Assembly: GCA_963845145.1 (NCBI GenBank)
Contig: CAWJQU010000001.1
Coordinates: 192,001 to 256,000 of the forward strand
Origin: an uncultured delta proteobacterium
Lineage (GTDB): Bacteria; Desulfobacterota; Desulfobacteria; Desulfobacterales; QNYZ01
Length of the DNA: 64,000 nucleotides
Reading direction: 5' to 3'
In this document: positions 1 through 10,995 of the stretch, piece after piece
Numbering within the stretch: position 1 is the first letter of the stretch
How the letters are laid out: each line of letters opens with the position of its first letter
The notes under the pieces: model-generated
The model's database searches: none
Told to the model about the DNA's origin: nothing
The model's input: only the letters and a program-made list of their open reading frames with translations
Program-made: the position numbers and the translations under genes

Positions 1-94
1 CAACCATCACATCATCAAAGGTGCCCGTTTGAATTATCGGATCGTCGGCCAGGCCATGACCCAGTCATCCCGATTCTACAAGGGCGGATAAAGT

Positions 95-1186
95 ATGGCC
101 CCTGAACTGCCGTTAAAAACGGTTCCTGAAAGCATCTGCATTCTGAGATTATCGGCCTTGGGCGATGTCTGCAACGTGGTACCCGTCGTTCGCACACTTC
201 AAACCTGTTGGCCCCAAACCACGATCACATGGGTCATCGGACAACGGGAACATGATCTGGTGGGTGATATCCGAGGGGTTGAATTTATTCGATACCGGAA
301 AAAAACGGGATTGAGGGGCATTTGGCAACTGCGCAACAAGCTGTCCGGACGACGTTTTTCGGTATTACTCCTGATGCAGGCGGCGCTCAGGGCCAGTTTG
401 TTATCACTTGCCATTCCCGCCCGCATACGGGTCGGGTTTCATCCACAGATGGCCAAAGATTTTCAGGGGTTCTTTGCCCGGTTTCACACCCGGGCGCTAA
501 AGCAACCCCATGTCATCGACGGATTTTTTTCTTTTCTCGAAGCCTTGGGGATTGACCAGCGTCGAATGGCATGGAACATTCCCGTTCCGGAAAACGCCCG
601 GAATTTCGTTTCTCAAAAATTGGGCGAATACCGCAACGGTTTTTTCGTAATCAGCCCCTGCGCCAGTGTTCGGTATCGTAATTGGCGGGATTGGCCGCCA
701 AAAAAATATGCCCGGCTGATCGACCACGTATATGATCGATACGGCCTTCGCGCCGTATTGACCGGCGGGACCACGACACATGAAAACGAAGTTGGTCGGT
801 GCATTATGGATACGGCAATCCATCAACCAGTGAATCTCATCGGCCAAACCAGTATTAAGGAATTGATGGCCGTGATTGAGCAGGCCAAAGCCGTCGTATC
901 TCCCGACTCGGGCCCCGTTCACATGGCCAACGCGGTGGGTGTGCCGCCCGTCGGTTTATACGCCACCAGCAATCCCGAGAGGACCGGGCCTTACAGCGTT
1001 AGGAAATGGGTGGTCAACGCCTACCCCACTGCGGTGCGTCAGACATACGGTAAGTCAGTGGATGACATTCCCTGGGGAAAACGGGTGCGCAAGCCCGACG
1101 CCATTGAGCTGATTACTTTCAATGCCGTCATGAAAATGTTAGACGATCTTTTTTCCAAAAGGAAACCGTTGAATGTTAGCGAATAA
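95..1186 (+). CDS. Glycosyltransferase family 9 (ADP-heptose:LPS heptosyltransferase-like)
   Basis: N-terminal ILRLSALGDV and C-terminal SPDSGPVHMANAVG motifs typical of WaaC/WaaF-type GT9; overlaps the next gene. Confidence 0.9.
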   Translation: MAPELPLKTVPESICILRLSALGDVCNVVPVVRTLQTCWPQTTITWVIGQREHDLVGDIRGVEFIRYRKKTGLRGIWQLRNKLSGRRFSVLLLMQAALRASLLSLAIPARIRVGFHPQMAKDFQGFFARFHTRALKQPHVIDGFFSFLEALGIDQRRMAWNIPVPENARNFVSQKLGEYRNGFFVISPCASVRYRNWRDWPPKKYARLIDHVYDRYGLRAVLTGGTTTHENEVGRCIMDTAIHQPVNLIGQTSIKELMAVIEQAKAVVSPDSGPVHMANAVGVPPVGLYATSNPERTGPYSVRKWVVNAYPTAVRQTYGKSVDDIPWGKRVRKPDAIELITFNAVMKMLDDLFSKRKPLNVSE

Positions 1187-2462
1187 ATACTTTCGTGGAA
1201 TACTATATTCCGTTGTTGCATTATTTCCCGGCTTAGCCAACCTCTACAAGAATATGGGCAGCGGGACACTGATCATCTTAACCCTGATGGGTCTTTGGGC
1301 CATGGCTCAAAAACCGCGTCTGTCATTTACCCGTGAAGAGAAATGGCTGATGGGGGCATTTTGCGCTTATATGGGCGTTTACCTGTTATCGGCAATTATT
1401 CATTTGTTAACCGGTGTGTTGGTTGAAGCCCATGGAAAACATTTTGAAAAAGAAGCTTATCTGCTCACCTTTATCCCTTTATGCTTTCTGTTTCGACGAC
1501 TGCCGCTTCCCCCATGGGTGTTGTGGTCGAGTGTCGCGGCGGGCGGGATCCTCGCCGGATGCTATGCCATGATCGATTTCGGCTGGATTGACATCAAATA
1601 TCGGGTGCGAGGGGCGTACAATCCCATCATGTTCGGATGTCTTTCTATCACAATGGCATTTATGACTATCCAGGGATACCGTTTTTTTCGGCGGCGACAT
1701 CCGTTTCTTATCTTTGTCCCTTTAGCCGGTTTTTTCCTGGGAACAGTGTCTACTATTTTGACCGGCAGTCGCGGTGCCTGGATCGCTATTCCAGCCTTTT
1801 TAGCCATCACAATGGTACACCTGGGAAAAAACCTGCGACGCCTGGAGCTGGCTTTGATCACCGGCACGTTTGTCTTGGCCCTTTTTGTGGCATATCAGAT
1901 ACCGGAAACCGGAGTGGCCCAACGCGTTCGATTCGCCCAGAATGATCTTCAAAAATACGCCATAGGCGACGTGACCATCGATAACAGCGTCGGTTTACGC
2001 CTGGCGTCGTGGGAAGCTTCGCTTAAAATGGTCAAAGATCACTTTCTGCTGGGAATTGGACCCGGTGGATATCTACCCACGATCAAAAAATGGGCCGCCG
2101 AAGGAAAACTGCCCTATGCCGCCGAGGTGTACCACTCTCAGCCCCATAGTATCTATTTTGCCGTGTTGGTAGATGGGGGCGTTCTCGGCCTTCTTGCCCT
2201 GTTAGCGGTCCTGTTTCTACCGATATATATCTTCATTCAGCGTATTAGAAGCTCCCCAGCCAACCGGGCTGCCGCTTTTTCAGGCCTGATTCTTTCCGTA
2301 GGGTATATTCATTTTGGGCTTACCGAGACGGTTTTCGGACGCAATCTGTTTGTCGCCTTTTATGTGATCATCCTGGCAATGCTGCTGACGCTGACCACTG
2401 CAACGGAAAACACAACACCGCAGAAATCACGGCAGGGAAATGCGAAGGTGGAGTCCAACTAA
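1173..2462 (+). CDS. O-antigen ligase (WaaL/Wzy_C) family membrane protein
   Basis: Many TM segments; LTGSRGAWIA, SVGLRLASW, LGIGPGGY and QPHSIYF motifs; adjacent to the GT9 gene. Confidence 0.85.
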   Translation: MLANKYFRGILYSVVALFPGLANLYKNMGSGTLIILTLMGLWAMAQKPRLSFTREEKWLMGAFCAYMGVYLLSAIIHLLTGVLVEAHGKHFEKEAYLLTFIPLCFLFRRLPLPPWVLWSSVAAGGILAGCYAMIDFGWIDIKYRVRGAYNPIMFGCLSITMAFMTIQGYRFFRRRHPFLIFVPLAGFFLGTVSTILTGSRGAWIAIPAFLAITMVHLGKNLRRLELALITGTFVLALFVAYQIPETGVAQRVRFAQNDLQKYAIGDVTIDNSVGLRLASWEASLKMVKDHFLLGIGPGGYLPTIKKWAAEGKLPYAAEVYHSQPHSIYFAVLVDGGVLGLLALLAVLFLPIYIFIQRIRSSPANRAAAFSGLILSVGYIHFGLTETVFGRNLFVAFYVIILAMLLTLTTATENTTPQKSRQGNAKVESN

Positions 2463-3386
2463 ATTTTCGCCGACCATCGGATAGAGGTGGATGGGGGTCG
2501 CGTTTATTCCGGAAGGGCTTCCAGCCGCTTGGCGCCCAAATGTACTTTGGGTGTAGCGCCTTATCGGCCGAATAATCGAACCCAAGGGGTCCATCAGAAA
2601 TCGGACGGTTTTTCCCAGGGCCCGACTGCCGAACAAGGTGTTGTCATTGGCGATAATCTTTGCTTCGAGGGGTAAAAAAATAAATTCTCCCACCAGCCAC
2701 CCGCCCACGGGTGTAGAGATGAGATCCTGAATCGAGGGCTCTTCGGCAAAAGCCTCCACCCCGTATTCATACAACACGTTCGAGACAAAAAATGCATACC
2801 AGAACGATTCCCACCGGCTATAGGCATAATGCCGCGCATGGATATAATAAGCGGCTCCCCAGTAGGGATGCCCAATCCAGTTGAGCCACCAATCGTCCTC
2901 ATCCCACACCGGCCCATCAGACACATTATCCCACCACTTGCTCCCCAGGTCGCTTAAAGAGTTATCCTTATCTTCTTCATCCCAGTTTGAAACACTTTCA
3001 GGAGCAACATACAGCAACCCCAGGATAACCGATGCAGGAACGATGAGATAACCCATATCCCTGGCAAGCAGGGAATATTTCCCCAACAGGCGGCCCTCGG
3101 GCGGATGCAAGGCACTTCGCTCGGGATCGAGGGGCACGTTGATAGGGGCCGATAATGGCCGCGGACTATCGTTCTCTTCTGCGGCAAGGGTGACGTTAGC
3201 CAGATGATAGGCTTTTTCTCCATAGGCCACCCCGTCCCAACGCTGCGATAAATGGCTGTGGGTCAGATAACCATCAGTTACGGATTCATAGGCAAGGGGC
3301 CGGCCCGCGCACATGAAAACGATCCATACTATACATAGGGCGCTTCGAATTAGTTTTATATTCAGTTTCATATTCTGCATGGGCAT
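2427..3386 (-). CDS. DUF3943-type exported/outer-membrane protein
   Basis: Signal-like N-terminus; PVWDEDDWWLNWIGHPYWGAAYY and EAFAEEPSIQDLISTPVGG match my recollection of DUF3943. Confidence 0.75.
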   Translation of the reverse strand: MPMQNMKLNIKLIRSALCIVWIVFMCAGRPLAYESVTDGYLTHSHLSQRWDGVAYGEKAYHLANVTLAAEENDSPRPLSAPINVPLDPERSALHPPEGRLLGKYSLLARDMGYLIVPASVILGLLYVAPESVSNWDEEDKDNSLSDLGSKWWDNVSDGPVWDEDDWWLNWIGHPYWGAAYYIHARHYAYSRWESFWYAFFVSNVLYEYGVEAFAEEPSIQDLISTPVGGWLVGEFIFLPLEAKIIANDNTLFGSRALGKTVRFLMDPLGSIIRPIRRYTQSTFGRQAAGSPSGINATPIHLYPMVGENLVGLHLRISLP

Positions 3387-3519
3387 GCGGTTTAGTAATC
3401 ACCAATGGTCATGTTATTATCGTTAAGCGATCGTTTGAATGAGTCGCGCTAACATTTCAAATCGACATCGGGCTGTCAAGTCGAGCCCTGCGCCCGATAG
3501 TTTTTTTAGCGGTCAGATG

Positions 3520-4578
3520 CTACCTTTTATGGGCTGGATAACTTCCCAGGTTTTTTAGCGTAACCGTTAAGTCTTCCACCTGTTTGAGAACAGACCGAAC
3601 CTTATCGTCCTGCTGGGCCCCTTCAAAGTCTAGAAAAAAGCTGTAGTTTCCCGGGTCCGAGCGAAGCGGCATGGAAGCGATCCGGGTCAGGTTGATCTTC
3701 GCCTCGGCAAATAGGCCGAGAACGGCGTAGAGCCGTCCGGCCAGATGGGGTGTGGCAAAAATAATGGATGTTTTATCCCCGATTTTCGCATAGGCTTTTT
3801 GGGACAACAGTAAAAACCGGGTCGAATTGGCGTCCCCATCGGCAATGTCATCGGCCAGCACACCAAGATCATATAAATCGGCACATAAGCCACTGGCAAT
3901 GGCTGCGGTCGCCTTTGGGCTCTCCCGGGCCAGCATCTTGGCCGCTCCGGCAGTATCATAATACGGTAGGGGCTCCAGGTTATGACGGGCCAGAAAGTTA
4001 CGGCACTGGGCCAACGCCTGGGGATGTGAGAAAACCTGCCGTATCTCATTCATACCCGTCGACTTTAATGCCATCAGACAGTGATTGACCGGTACGATGG
4101 TCTCGCCGATGACCTTAAGATCGGTAGTGGTCAGCAGATCATTGACCTGGGTAACGGCACCCTCCAGAGAGTTTTCCACCGGGACGACCCCCATGTCCAA
4201 ATCACCATTTTCAACCCCACGAAAAACATCGCTAAATTCCAGACAGGGGATGTACGCGCCACCGGTAACGAGGTGCCTGGCGGCCAGTTCACCGTATGCA
4301 CCAAGTTCTCCCTGAAACCCAACTAAAGGACGATCTTCCGACTGGAGTCTTTTGCTCTCCTCCATGATGGTTTGCAACAGATGGTGGATAAAGTTCCGCT
4401 CCACGAGATGGAGATCCATACGATCAATACGTGCCAAGACCTCTTTTTCACGCTTGGGGTCGCTGACCTGGGTTTTAAACTTCTTTGTCCGCAAGGCATA
4501 CCCCATCCTTTCCTGAAGCAGTACCAGCAACTCCCGATCGATTTTATCGATCTTGTTTCGAATCTCATCAAGCTTCAT
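3520..4578 (-). CDS. pheA: Bifunctional chorismate mutase / prephenate dehydratase
   Basis: CM domain (LDEIRNKIDKIDRELL), PDT motifs VPVENSLEGAV, SHPQALAQC and NSTRF, C-terminal ACT domain. Start moved to ATG 4578 after the AAGGAG RBS. Confidence 0.93.
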   Translation of the reverse strand: MKLDEIRNKIDKIDRELLVLLQERMGYALRTKKFKTQVSDPKREKEVLARIDRMDLHLVERNFIHHLLQTIMEESKRLQSEDRPLVGFQGELGAYGELAARHLVTGGAYIPCLEFSDVFRGVENGDLDMGVVPVENSLEGAVTQVNDLLTTTDLKVIGETIVPVNHCLMALKSTGMNEIRQVFSHPQALAQCRNFLARHNLEPLPYYDTAGAAKMLARESPKATAAIASGLCADLYDLGVLADDIADGDANSTRFLLLSQKAYAKIGDKTSIIFATPHLAGRLYAVLGLFAEAKINLTRIASMPLRSDPGNYSFFLDFEGAQQDDKVRSVLKQVEDLTVTLKNLGSYPAHKR

Positions 4579-4624
4579 GGGGCTCTCCTTAAAATAGTAT
4601 TTCGCCGACCGATAAAATCTGAAA

Positions 4625-7368
4625 TCATGATTCCTCATCCAAAATCTCGCGCACTTTAGAGGAGAGTGAACGGACCGAAAATGGTTTTTCTAAAAAGTGC
4701 ATACCTTCCTCTAAAACCCCCCGGCCAATCGCGGCATCCGAGGCATAGCCGGACATGAAAAGCACCTTGATACCTGGCTCTATTTCCTCGATCCGGTTTC
4801 TTAATTCCAGCCCATTCATCTCGGGCATCACCACATCCGTGATTAATAGGTGAATCCGGCCGGCACTTGACTTGGCCATGGCAATGGCGTCGGAAGGTTT
4901 TCCGGCGGCAAGAATCACGTATCCAAACCGCTCGAGCACTGTTTTTCCCAAATGTAAAAAGGAGGGTTCGTCTTCCACCAATAAAACGGTCTCGATTCCT
5001 TTTTTGATTGTCTTGCCGGCAGCCTCCTCGTTGGATTCCACAACCTCCAATGATCGTTGAAGATATACCTTAAATGACGTGCCCTCCTCCGGACGGCTGG
5101 CTGCGTAAATAAAACCATCGTTTTGCTTCACGATGCCATAAACCGTGGATAAGCCCAATCCGGTTCCTTCTCCCACACCTTTGGTTGTAAAAAACGGCTC
5201 AAAAATATTTTCAAGGGTCTCCTTGTCCATGCCGCATCCGTCGTCATTAATTTCGAGCATAACGTACTTACCGGACACCAACCCTTCATAACCGACACAA
5301 TCCGCCGGGGCTAATTCCACGTTCGTCGTCTCGATGGCTATTTTCCCCGTTCCCGCAATGGCATCGCCGGCATTGACACATAAATTGGCCAAAATCTGAT
5401 CGATCTGGGCAGGGTCGATCTTAACCGGCCACAAATTAGCACCCGGCTTCCAGGTCAGTTCGATGCCTTCACCGATCATTCTTCGAAGCATCCTGAGCAT
5501 TCCAGCTACGGTCATATTTAAATCGAGCACCCGGGGCAAAATCGTCTGTTTACGGGCAAAGGCCAGTAACTGCCGGGTTAATTCCGCCGAGCGGCGGGCC
5601 GCGTTGTAGATCTCTTTAAGATCACTATAGATTGGCACGGTGGGGCCCACTTGCTCCATGGCCAACTCCGCACGCCCGATTATGACTCCCAGCATATTAT
5701 TGAAATCATGGGCAACGCCTCCGGCCAAGCGTCCCACGGATTCCATTTTCTGAGCTTGTCGGAGTTGCATTTCGGTTTGCAACCGCTCTTGTTCCAGATC
5801 CTTGAGGGGGGTGATGTCGGTGGCGATCTGCAAACGCACGATGCGACCGTCTACCCACCGAATGGCCCGGTCGTAGTTCATGTACCATCTGTTTGACTTG
5901 GGATTTTTTGTTTCCCAGGTAAAAACACCAAGAGGTTGGCCTTCGGCGTCGAGTATCTGATCATTGGTGCAATGGTCGCAAGGGCGATCATAACCACGAA
6001 AAGCATCAAAACAGATCCCACCGGTGTAATCACCATTAAAGTGATCAATCATATATTGATTCATAAACAGGATTTCATAGGTATCCATGTCGGCCACATG
6101 GATCGTGGCATCAATCCCATCAAGGACCGTAAGAAAGGTCTGGTGCGCTTTTTTCAGTTCCTCCTCTGTGCGCTTGCGCTCGGTAATGTCCCGAATCGTG
6201 CCAATGAAACATTTTTCCTCCCCAATCTGAATCAATTCTCCTGATAAGAGACCATCGCGCACGTCACCCGACTTCGTCCGATACTGAAATTCGCAATTGC
6301 TTAAACGATTATCTTCGCCCAACGCCTTTGCCCATCGTTCACGCTCACCGGGATCGGCCCACAATCCGAGATCGATATCGGATTTCCCGATAACCTCGTC
6401 GCGGCGATAGCCGGACCCCCTTATAAAACCCTCGTTAACCTCCAGAATTCGACCATCGCTCACCCGAGATATGGTGATCGCATCCGGGCTTGAATGGAAG
6501 GCCATGGAAAATTTTTCTTCGGATGCGCGTAGTTTCTGCTCGGCGTTTTTTTGTGAAGTAATGTCCTCAGCGATACCCACAATGCGAAGGACTTCGCCAT
6601 CATCCCCATAAACCGGAAAACCACGATCAGAAACCCAACGTACAGTGCCATCGGGCCGCATAACACGATACTCGCGGCTTTCACCGCCGCCCGATTTTAA
6701 AATGCTCCGAAAAGATTCGCTTGCATTTTCAAGATCATCCGGATGAATACCCCTGGCCCATTCATCATAATTTTCAAGCAGAGCCTGGGTTGGCCGACCC
6801 CATATTTCCTGGTAAGCCGGGTTCACATATAGGACCTTTTTTTTTGCCAATCAAATATCCAGAAAATTTCACGAATTTGCTCGGCTAAATCGCTGAACCG
6901 TCGATCGCTTTCCCGCAATGCCCTTTCGGTCTTTTTTCGCTCGGTAAGGTCCCGCAAAGCCGTAATTCGAATTGATCTTCCCTGAAAATCCATCATCCGG
7001 GCCTGTATTTCAGCGGGAAAGGTTGTCCCATCCTTTCGCAGGGCCGACACCTCATACGGTTTTTCATCCCCGGCAAGCATTTTTTCTGTGGCACGCTCCC
7101 TGTCTCCCCGGGCGATCCAGTCCGTCCCCGACCGACCCACCGCTTCATCAATTGAATAACCGAACATTTGTTCCGCCGACTTGTTCTGATCCAGACAGAT
7201 CCCTTTTTCTGAAAGAAAGATGGCTTCAAAGGTTGCGTCGGACAAGGCCCTTGAGTGCGCTACCAGATCCTGCATCGCCGCTTTTTCGGCTTTCCATACG
7301 GCGGACTCTTTCTCTAATTGCCGAACCCTTTCCTCTAACGTCTGATTGGTCGGTCCGTTTTTCATCAT
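4625..7368 (-). CDS. Multi-PAS hybrid sensor histidine kinase/response regulator, split by a -1 frameshift at an A9 run
   Basis: The ORF from 7368 (PAS domain) ends [14 protein letters not shown], while the -1 frame continues [16 protein letters not shown] in the same PAS domain. H-box [14 protein letters not shown]-box GTGLGL and receiver LLITDVVMP are present. Confidence 0.85.
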
Positions 7369-7842
7369 TGTATCCTTACTGTCCATATATCGATTGCATA
7401 AGGACTTCTCTTCGGCACGGGGCTTCCCGTTGTATGACAAAAGGCAACGGGAATAAACCTGAATAACTTGATATGAATTGAGGTGATCAACTGATTGGTT
7501 TTCATAGCCGTTTCACCGCTCCATTGTCGATTAAACCCGAACTTCATTGGAACTGGTTATGATTCACCTTATTTTTAGCATACTTGTATAAGATATTGAC
7601 AATTGATTGTCAAAACACACGTCATTGCATGGATGCCCCAATGCAAAGGTGCCCCAGGGCAATCCTTCGTTTTGATGGATCCCGAATCCCACCGGAACCC
7701 GATGCGAATCCACTATCAGCTTTATTGGCAACATCATACCTTTTATTCCCGATAAAAATCATTATTGTTTTAAATATAAAATCAATGCGCATCTGATCGT
7801 TTAAGGGAACCCCGACAATCTATCCAATATGAGGAGATAATC

Positions 7843-8217
7843 ATGGCGTTAAAAGACTATTTTGGAAGTACCAAAGGTATGGGTGTATTGGCCACAGCGG
7901 ACAAAGACGGTAAGGTCGATGCGGCCATCTACGCCCGGCCACACTTTATGGAAGATGGCACTTTAGCCGTCATCATGCGCGATAAGCTAACCCATCACAA
8001 CCTTCAGTCGAATCCCCACGCCACTTTTCTTTTTGTCGAGGATGGTTCGGGATATAAGGGAAAACGACTGTTTATGACAAAGGTCCGCGAAGAAGAAAAT
8101 TCATCGCTCTTAAAAGAGCTCCGGCGCCGACAATACCCCGATAGTAAAGAGGAAACGCGCTTTCTCGTGTTTTTTAGCCTGGATAAAGAACTCCCGCTGA
8201 TTGGTGCCGGTACATAG
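7843..8217 (+). CDS. Pyridoxamine 5'-phosphate oxidase-like (split-barrel flavin-binding) protein
   Basis: GVLATADKDGKVD and LTHHNLQSNPHA pattern; GAGGAG RBS. Confidence 0.8.
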   Translation: MALKDYFGSTKGMGVLATADKDGKVDAAIYARPHFMEDGTLAVIMRDKLTHHNLQSNPHATFLFVEDGSGYKGKRLFMTKVREEENSSLLKELRRRQYPDSKEETRFLVFFSLDKELPLIGAGT

Positions 8218-8342
8218 ATGCACCATCAATTTGAACATTATCTTCTGCCGGTTCCCGATTTGAGTAGCAGTTGGTGGTGTGCTATAAAAAATCATGCCGA
8301 CAGATCGACCTTTGTATCGACGACACTTAATAGAGGCATCTT

Positions 8343-8795
8343 ATGCTAAAGTCGGAAGATATTCAAAACCGGTTGCGAAATCTGTTTGATTCGCAAAAAT
8401 TGGCGATTATATCCACCCAGCGCGATGGCCAGCCCTATGCCAGCCTCGTGGCATTTGCGGGTACGGATGACCTACGGCATATTTTTTTCGTAACCCCTAC
8501 CGCCACCCGCAAATTTGCAAATTTGACATCTGACGCCCGCGTGGCGGTATTAATTAACAGCAGTACCAATGCGGAAACCGACTTTCATGAGGCCATTTCC
8601 GTTACGGCCACCGGAACGGCACGGGAGATAAGCGACTTGGAAAGGAAAAAGGTCTTGCACCTTTATCTGGTGAAACACCCATATCTTGAAGAGTTTGCCC
8701 ACTCCCCTTCTTGTGCCATGGTAAGGGTAACGGTTAAATCATATTACCTCGTTCAAAACTTTCAAAACGTCACAGAATTTCATATCGAAAAATGA
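8343..8795 (+). CDS. Pyridoxamine 5'-phosphate oxidase-like protein
   Basis: LAIISTQRDGQPYASLV and TRKFANLTSDARVAVLI; ATGA overlap with the next gene. Confidence 0.82.
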   Translation: MLKSEDIQNRLRNLFDSQKLAIISTQRDGQPYASLVAFAGTDDLRHIFFVTPTATRKFANLTSDARVAVLINSSTNAETDFHEAISVTATGTAREISDLERKKVLHLYLVKHPYLEEFAHSPSCAMVRVTVKSYYLVQNFQNVTEFHIEK

Positions 8796-10990
8796 CCTGG
8801 ATACTAACGCCCCAAAATATACATCAGACGGAAAAAGAGATGGTCGGCGGGAAAGGTTTTGCTCTGGCATCGCTTGTTAGAGGGGGGTTTGCAATTCCAA
8901 CCGCATTTTGTGTAACCAGCCAGGCCTATCGAGATTATGTTGCTCGAACGGGATTGCGTGAACGAATTTTGTTGGAGCTAAATCGAAAAGATTTCAAAGA
9001 GATGCGTTGGGAAGAAATTTGGGATTGTGCCACTCGAATTCGAAATCTGTTTTTACGAAAGCCAATGCCAAGCGACATGTCCGCTGAAATAAAAACAGCA
9101 ATTTTAAGCATTTTTAAGGACAAAGCGGTCGTGGTACGGTCGTCGGCACCGGAAGAGGATACCGCAGCAGCCTCTTTCGCCGGGTTGCATGAATCTTTTG
9201 TCAATGTTCGTGGTGAAAACGCCATTTTAGAACATATACGAAAAGTTTGGGCTTCGCTTTGGTCTGATGCCGCGCTGCTATATCGTCAAGAGATAGGGCT
9301 GGATGTTACAAAGAGCAATATGGCGGTGGTTGTGCAGGAAATTGTTATTGGTGATCGGTCCGGGGTCGCTTTTTCTAAAAATCCCAATAATACTTCCCAA
9401 GCGGTCATCGAATCCGTCTACGGTTTAAATCAGGGGCTTGTCGACGGTACAATCGAACCGGACCGCTGGATCATCGATCGGCAACAGCAAACCCTCATAT
9501 CGCACACACCGGCAAGGCGTAAACAGTGGATGACACCTTCTGAATCCGGTGTAACCCTCACGGACCTGCCGAAGAAGTATCAAAACCACCCACCGTTGAA
9601 CACTGGGGAGACCCGTCTCGTTTTTTCATTGGCCATGGATGCTGAAAACCATTTCAAGACGCCCCAGGATGTTGAATGGACATACCGAAGAGACGATTTA
9701 TTCGTCCTTCAATCACGGCCCATTACCACCTTGCCTTCAAAAGATGGCGAAGATAACCGCGGGTGGTACCTCAGCCTGCATCGCAGTTTCGAAAATCTTA
9801 AATTACTTCGGAAAAAAATTGAGCATGAATTGATCCCGGGCATGATCGCGGCGGCGGATCAAATGGCTCAAACCGACCTTTCCCAGTTAACTGATCGTAA
9901 ACTGGCCAAGGAGATCCAGCACCGTTGGGAGATCAATCAACAGTGGTCAGCCATCTATTGGGAAGACTTTATCCCGTTTGCCCACGGAATTCGTCTTTTT
10001 GGTCAGTTCTATAATGATACCTTACACCCGAATGATCCCTATGAATTTGTAAACTTATTAACCCGAACGGAAATGGCGAGTTTGGAGAGAAACCAATTGA
10101 TGTCGGACCTTGCGGGTATGGTGCGCGATAATCAATCGTTGGCTGCAAGTCTGAAAAAAGGCACGTATGACGGTCTGGATACGTCGTTTCAAAAAGCAGT
10201 GGCGCAGTTCTTCGATCAATATGGCGACCTTTTCTACTCGGTAGACAGCGGCACCCAATACGATCAAACACCGGGTTCGTTTTATCAAATATTGCTTGAG
10301 ATGGCCGAAAATTTACCGGCCAAGACGAACCCGCAGCATTCAAATAATCGATCAAAGTTACTTGATCAGTTCATAAGCTGCTTTGAGGGCGAGCGCCGCA
10401 AACAAGCCGAAGAAATGTTAGACCTGGCCCGAAGCAGCTATCAGATCAGGGATGACGATAACATCTATTTGGGAAGAATCGAAGCACAATGGCTGGCAAG
10501 TCTTCGTGAGGCCAAGCACCGCATCAAAGGACAACCCCATCACAAAAGGAAGAAAAAAATTGCAGTAGAACTCATAGAAGTGGTTGATAATTTGGACCAC
10601 TCAACGCGAGATCCGATACCGCTTCCAGCAAAATCAGGCGAAGCCTTTAAGGTTCAGGCCAGACAATTGATCGGTCAACCGGCCGGTCCGGGGCTCGCCA
10701 AAGGACCGGCGCGGGTCATACAACAAACAGCCGATCTATCATCATTCAAACATGGCGAAATATTGATCTGCGATGCTGTAGACCCGAATATGACATTTGT
10801 CGTGCCGTTAGCGGCAGGAATCATAGAGCGCCGTGGCGGCATGCTTATTCATGGGGCCATCATCGCCAGAGAATACGGCCTGCCTTGTGTAACCGGCGTA
10901 CCCGATGTGACCGCCCAAATTAAAAACGGCGATGAAGTGACCGTAGACGGATATCTGGGGATTATTACCATCGGGTCATCAAAAATTTAA
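8792..10990 (+). CDS. PEP/pyruvate-binding (PPDK_N) plus C-terminal swivel phospho-His protein; rifampin-phosphotransferase-like architecture
   Basis: VGGKG, VRSSAPEED, SFAGLHES, DVEW and LQSRPIT in the ATP-grasp part; GGMLIHGAIIAREYGLP at the C-terminus; no pyruvate-binding TIM barrel. Confidence 0.85.
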   Translation: MTWILTPQNIHQTEKEMVGGKGFALASLVRGGFAIPTAFCVTSQAYRDYVARTGLRERILLELNRKDFKEMRWEEIWDCATRIRNLFLRKPMPSDMSAEIKTAILSIFKDKAVVVRSSAPEEDTAAASFAGLHESFVNVRGENAILEHIRKVWASLWSDAALLYRQEIGLDVTKSNMAVVVQEIVIGDRSGVAFSKNPNNTSQAVIESVYGLNQGLVDGTIEPDRWIIDRQQQTLISHTPARRKQWMTPSESGVTLTDLPKKYQNHPPLNTGETRLVFSLAMDAENHFKTPQDVEWTYRRDDLFVLQSRPITTLPSKDGEDNRGWYLSLHRSFENLKLLRKKIEHELIPGMIAAADQMAQTDLSQLTDRKLAKEIQHRWEINQQWSAIYWEDFIPFAHGIRLFGQFYNDTLHPNDPYEFVNLLTRTEMASLERNQLMSDLAGMVRDNQSLAASLKKGTYDGLDTSFQKAVAQFFDQYGDLFYSVDSGTQYDQTPGSFYQILLEMAENLPAKTNPQHSNNRSKLLDQFISCFEGERRKQAEEMLDLARSSYQIRDDDNIYLGRIEAQWLASLREAKHRIKGQPHHKRKKKIAVELIEVVDNLDHSTRDPIPLPAKSGEAFKVQARQLIGQPAGPGLAKGPARVIQQTADLSSFKHGEILICDAVDPNMTFVVPLAAGIIERRGGMLIHGAIIAREYGLPCVTGVPDVTAQIKNGDEVTVDGYLGIITIGSSKI

Positions 10991-10995
10991 AGGGA

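Noticed and set aside
8792..10990. Calling this gene ppsA or rph
   Set aside because: It lacks the PpsA C-terminal pyruvate-binding barrel, and rifampin specificity cannot be inferred from architecture alone.
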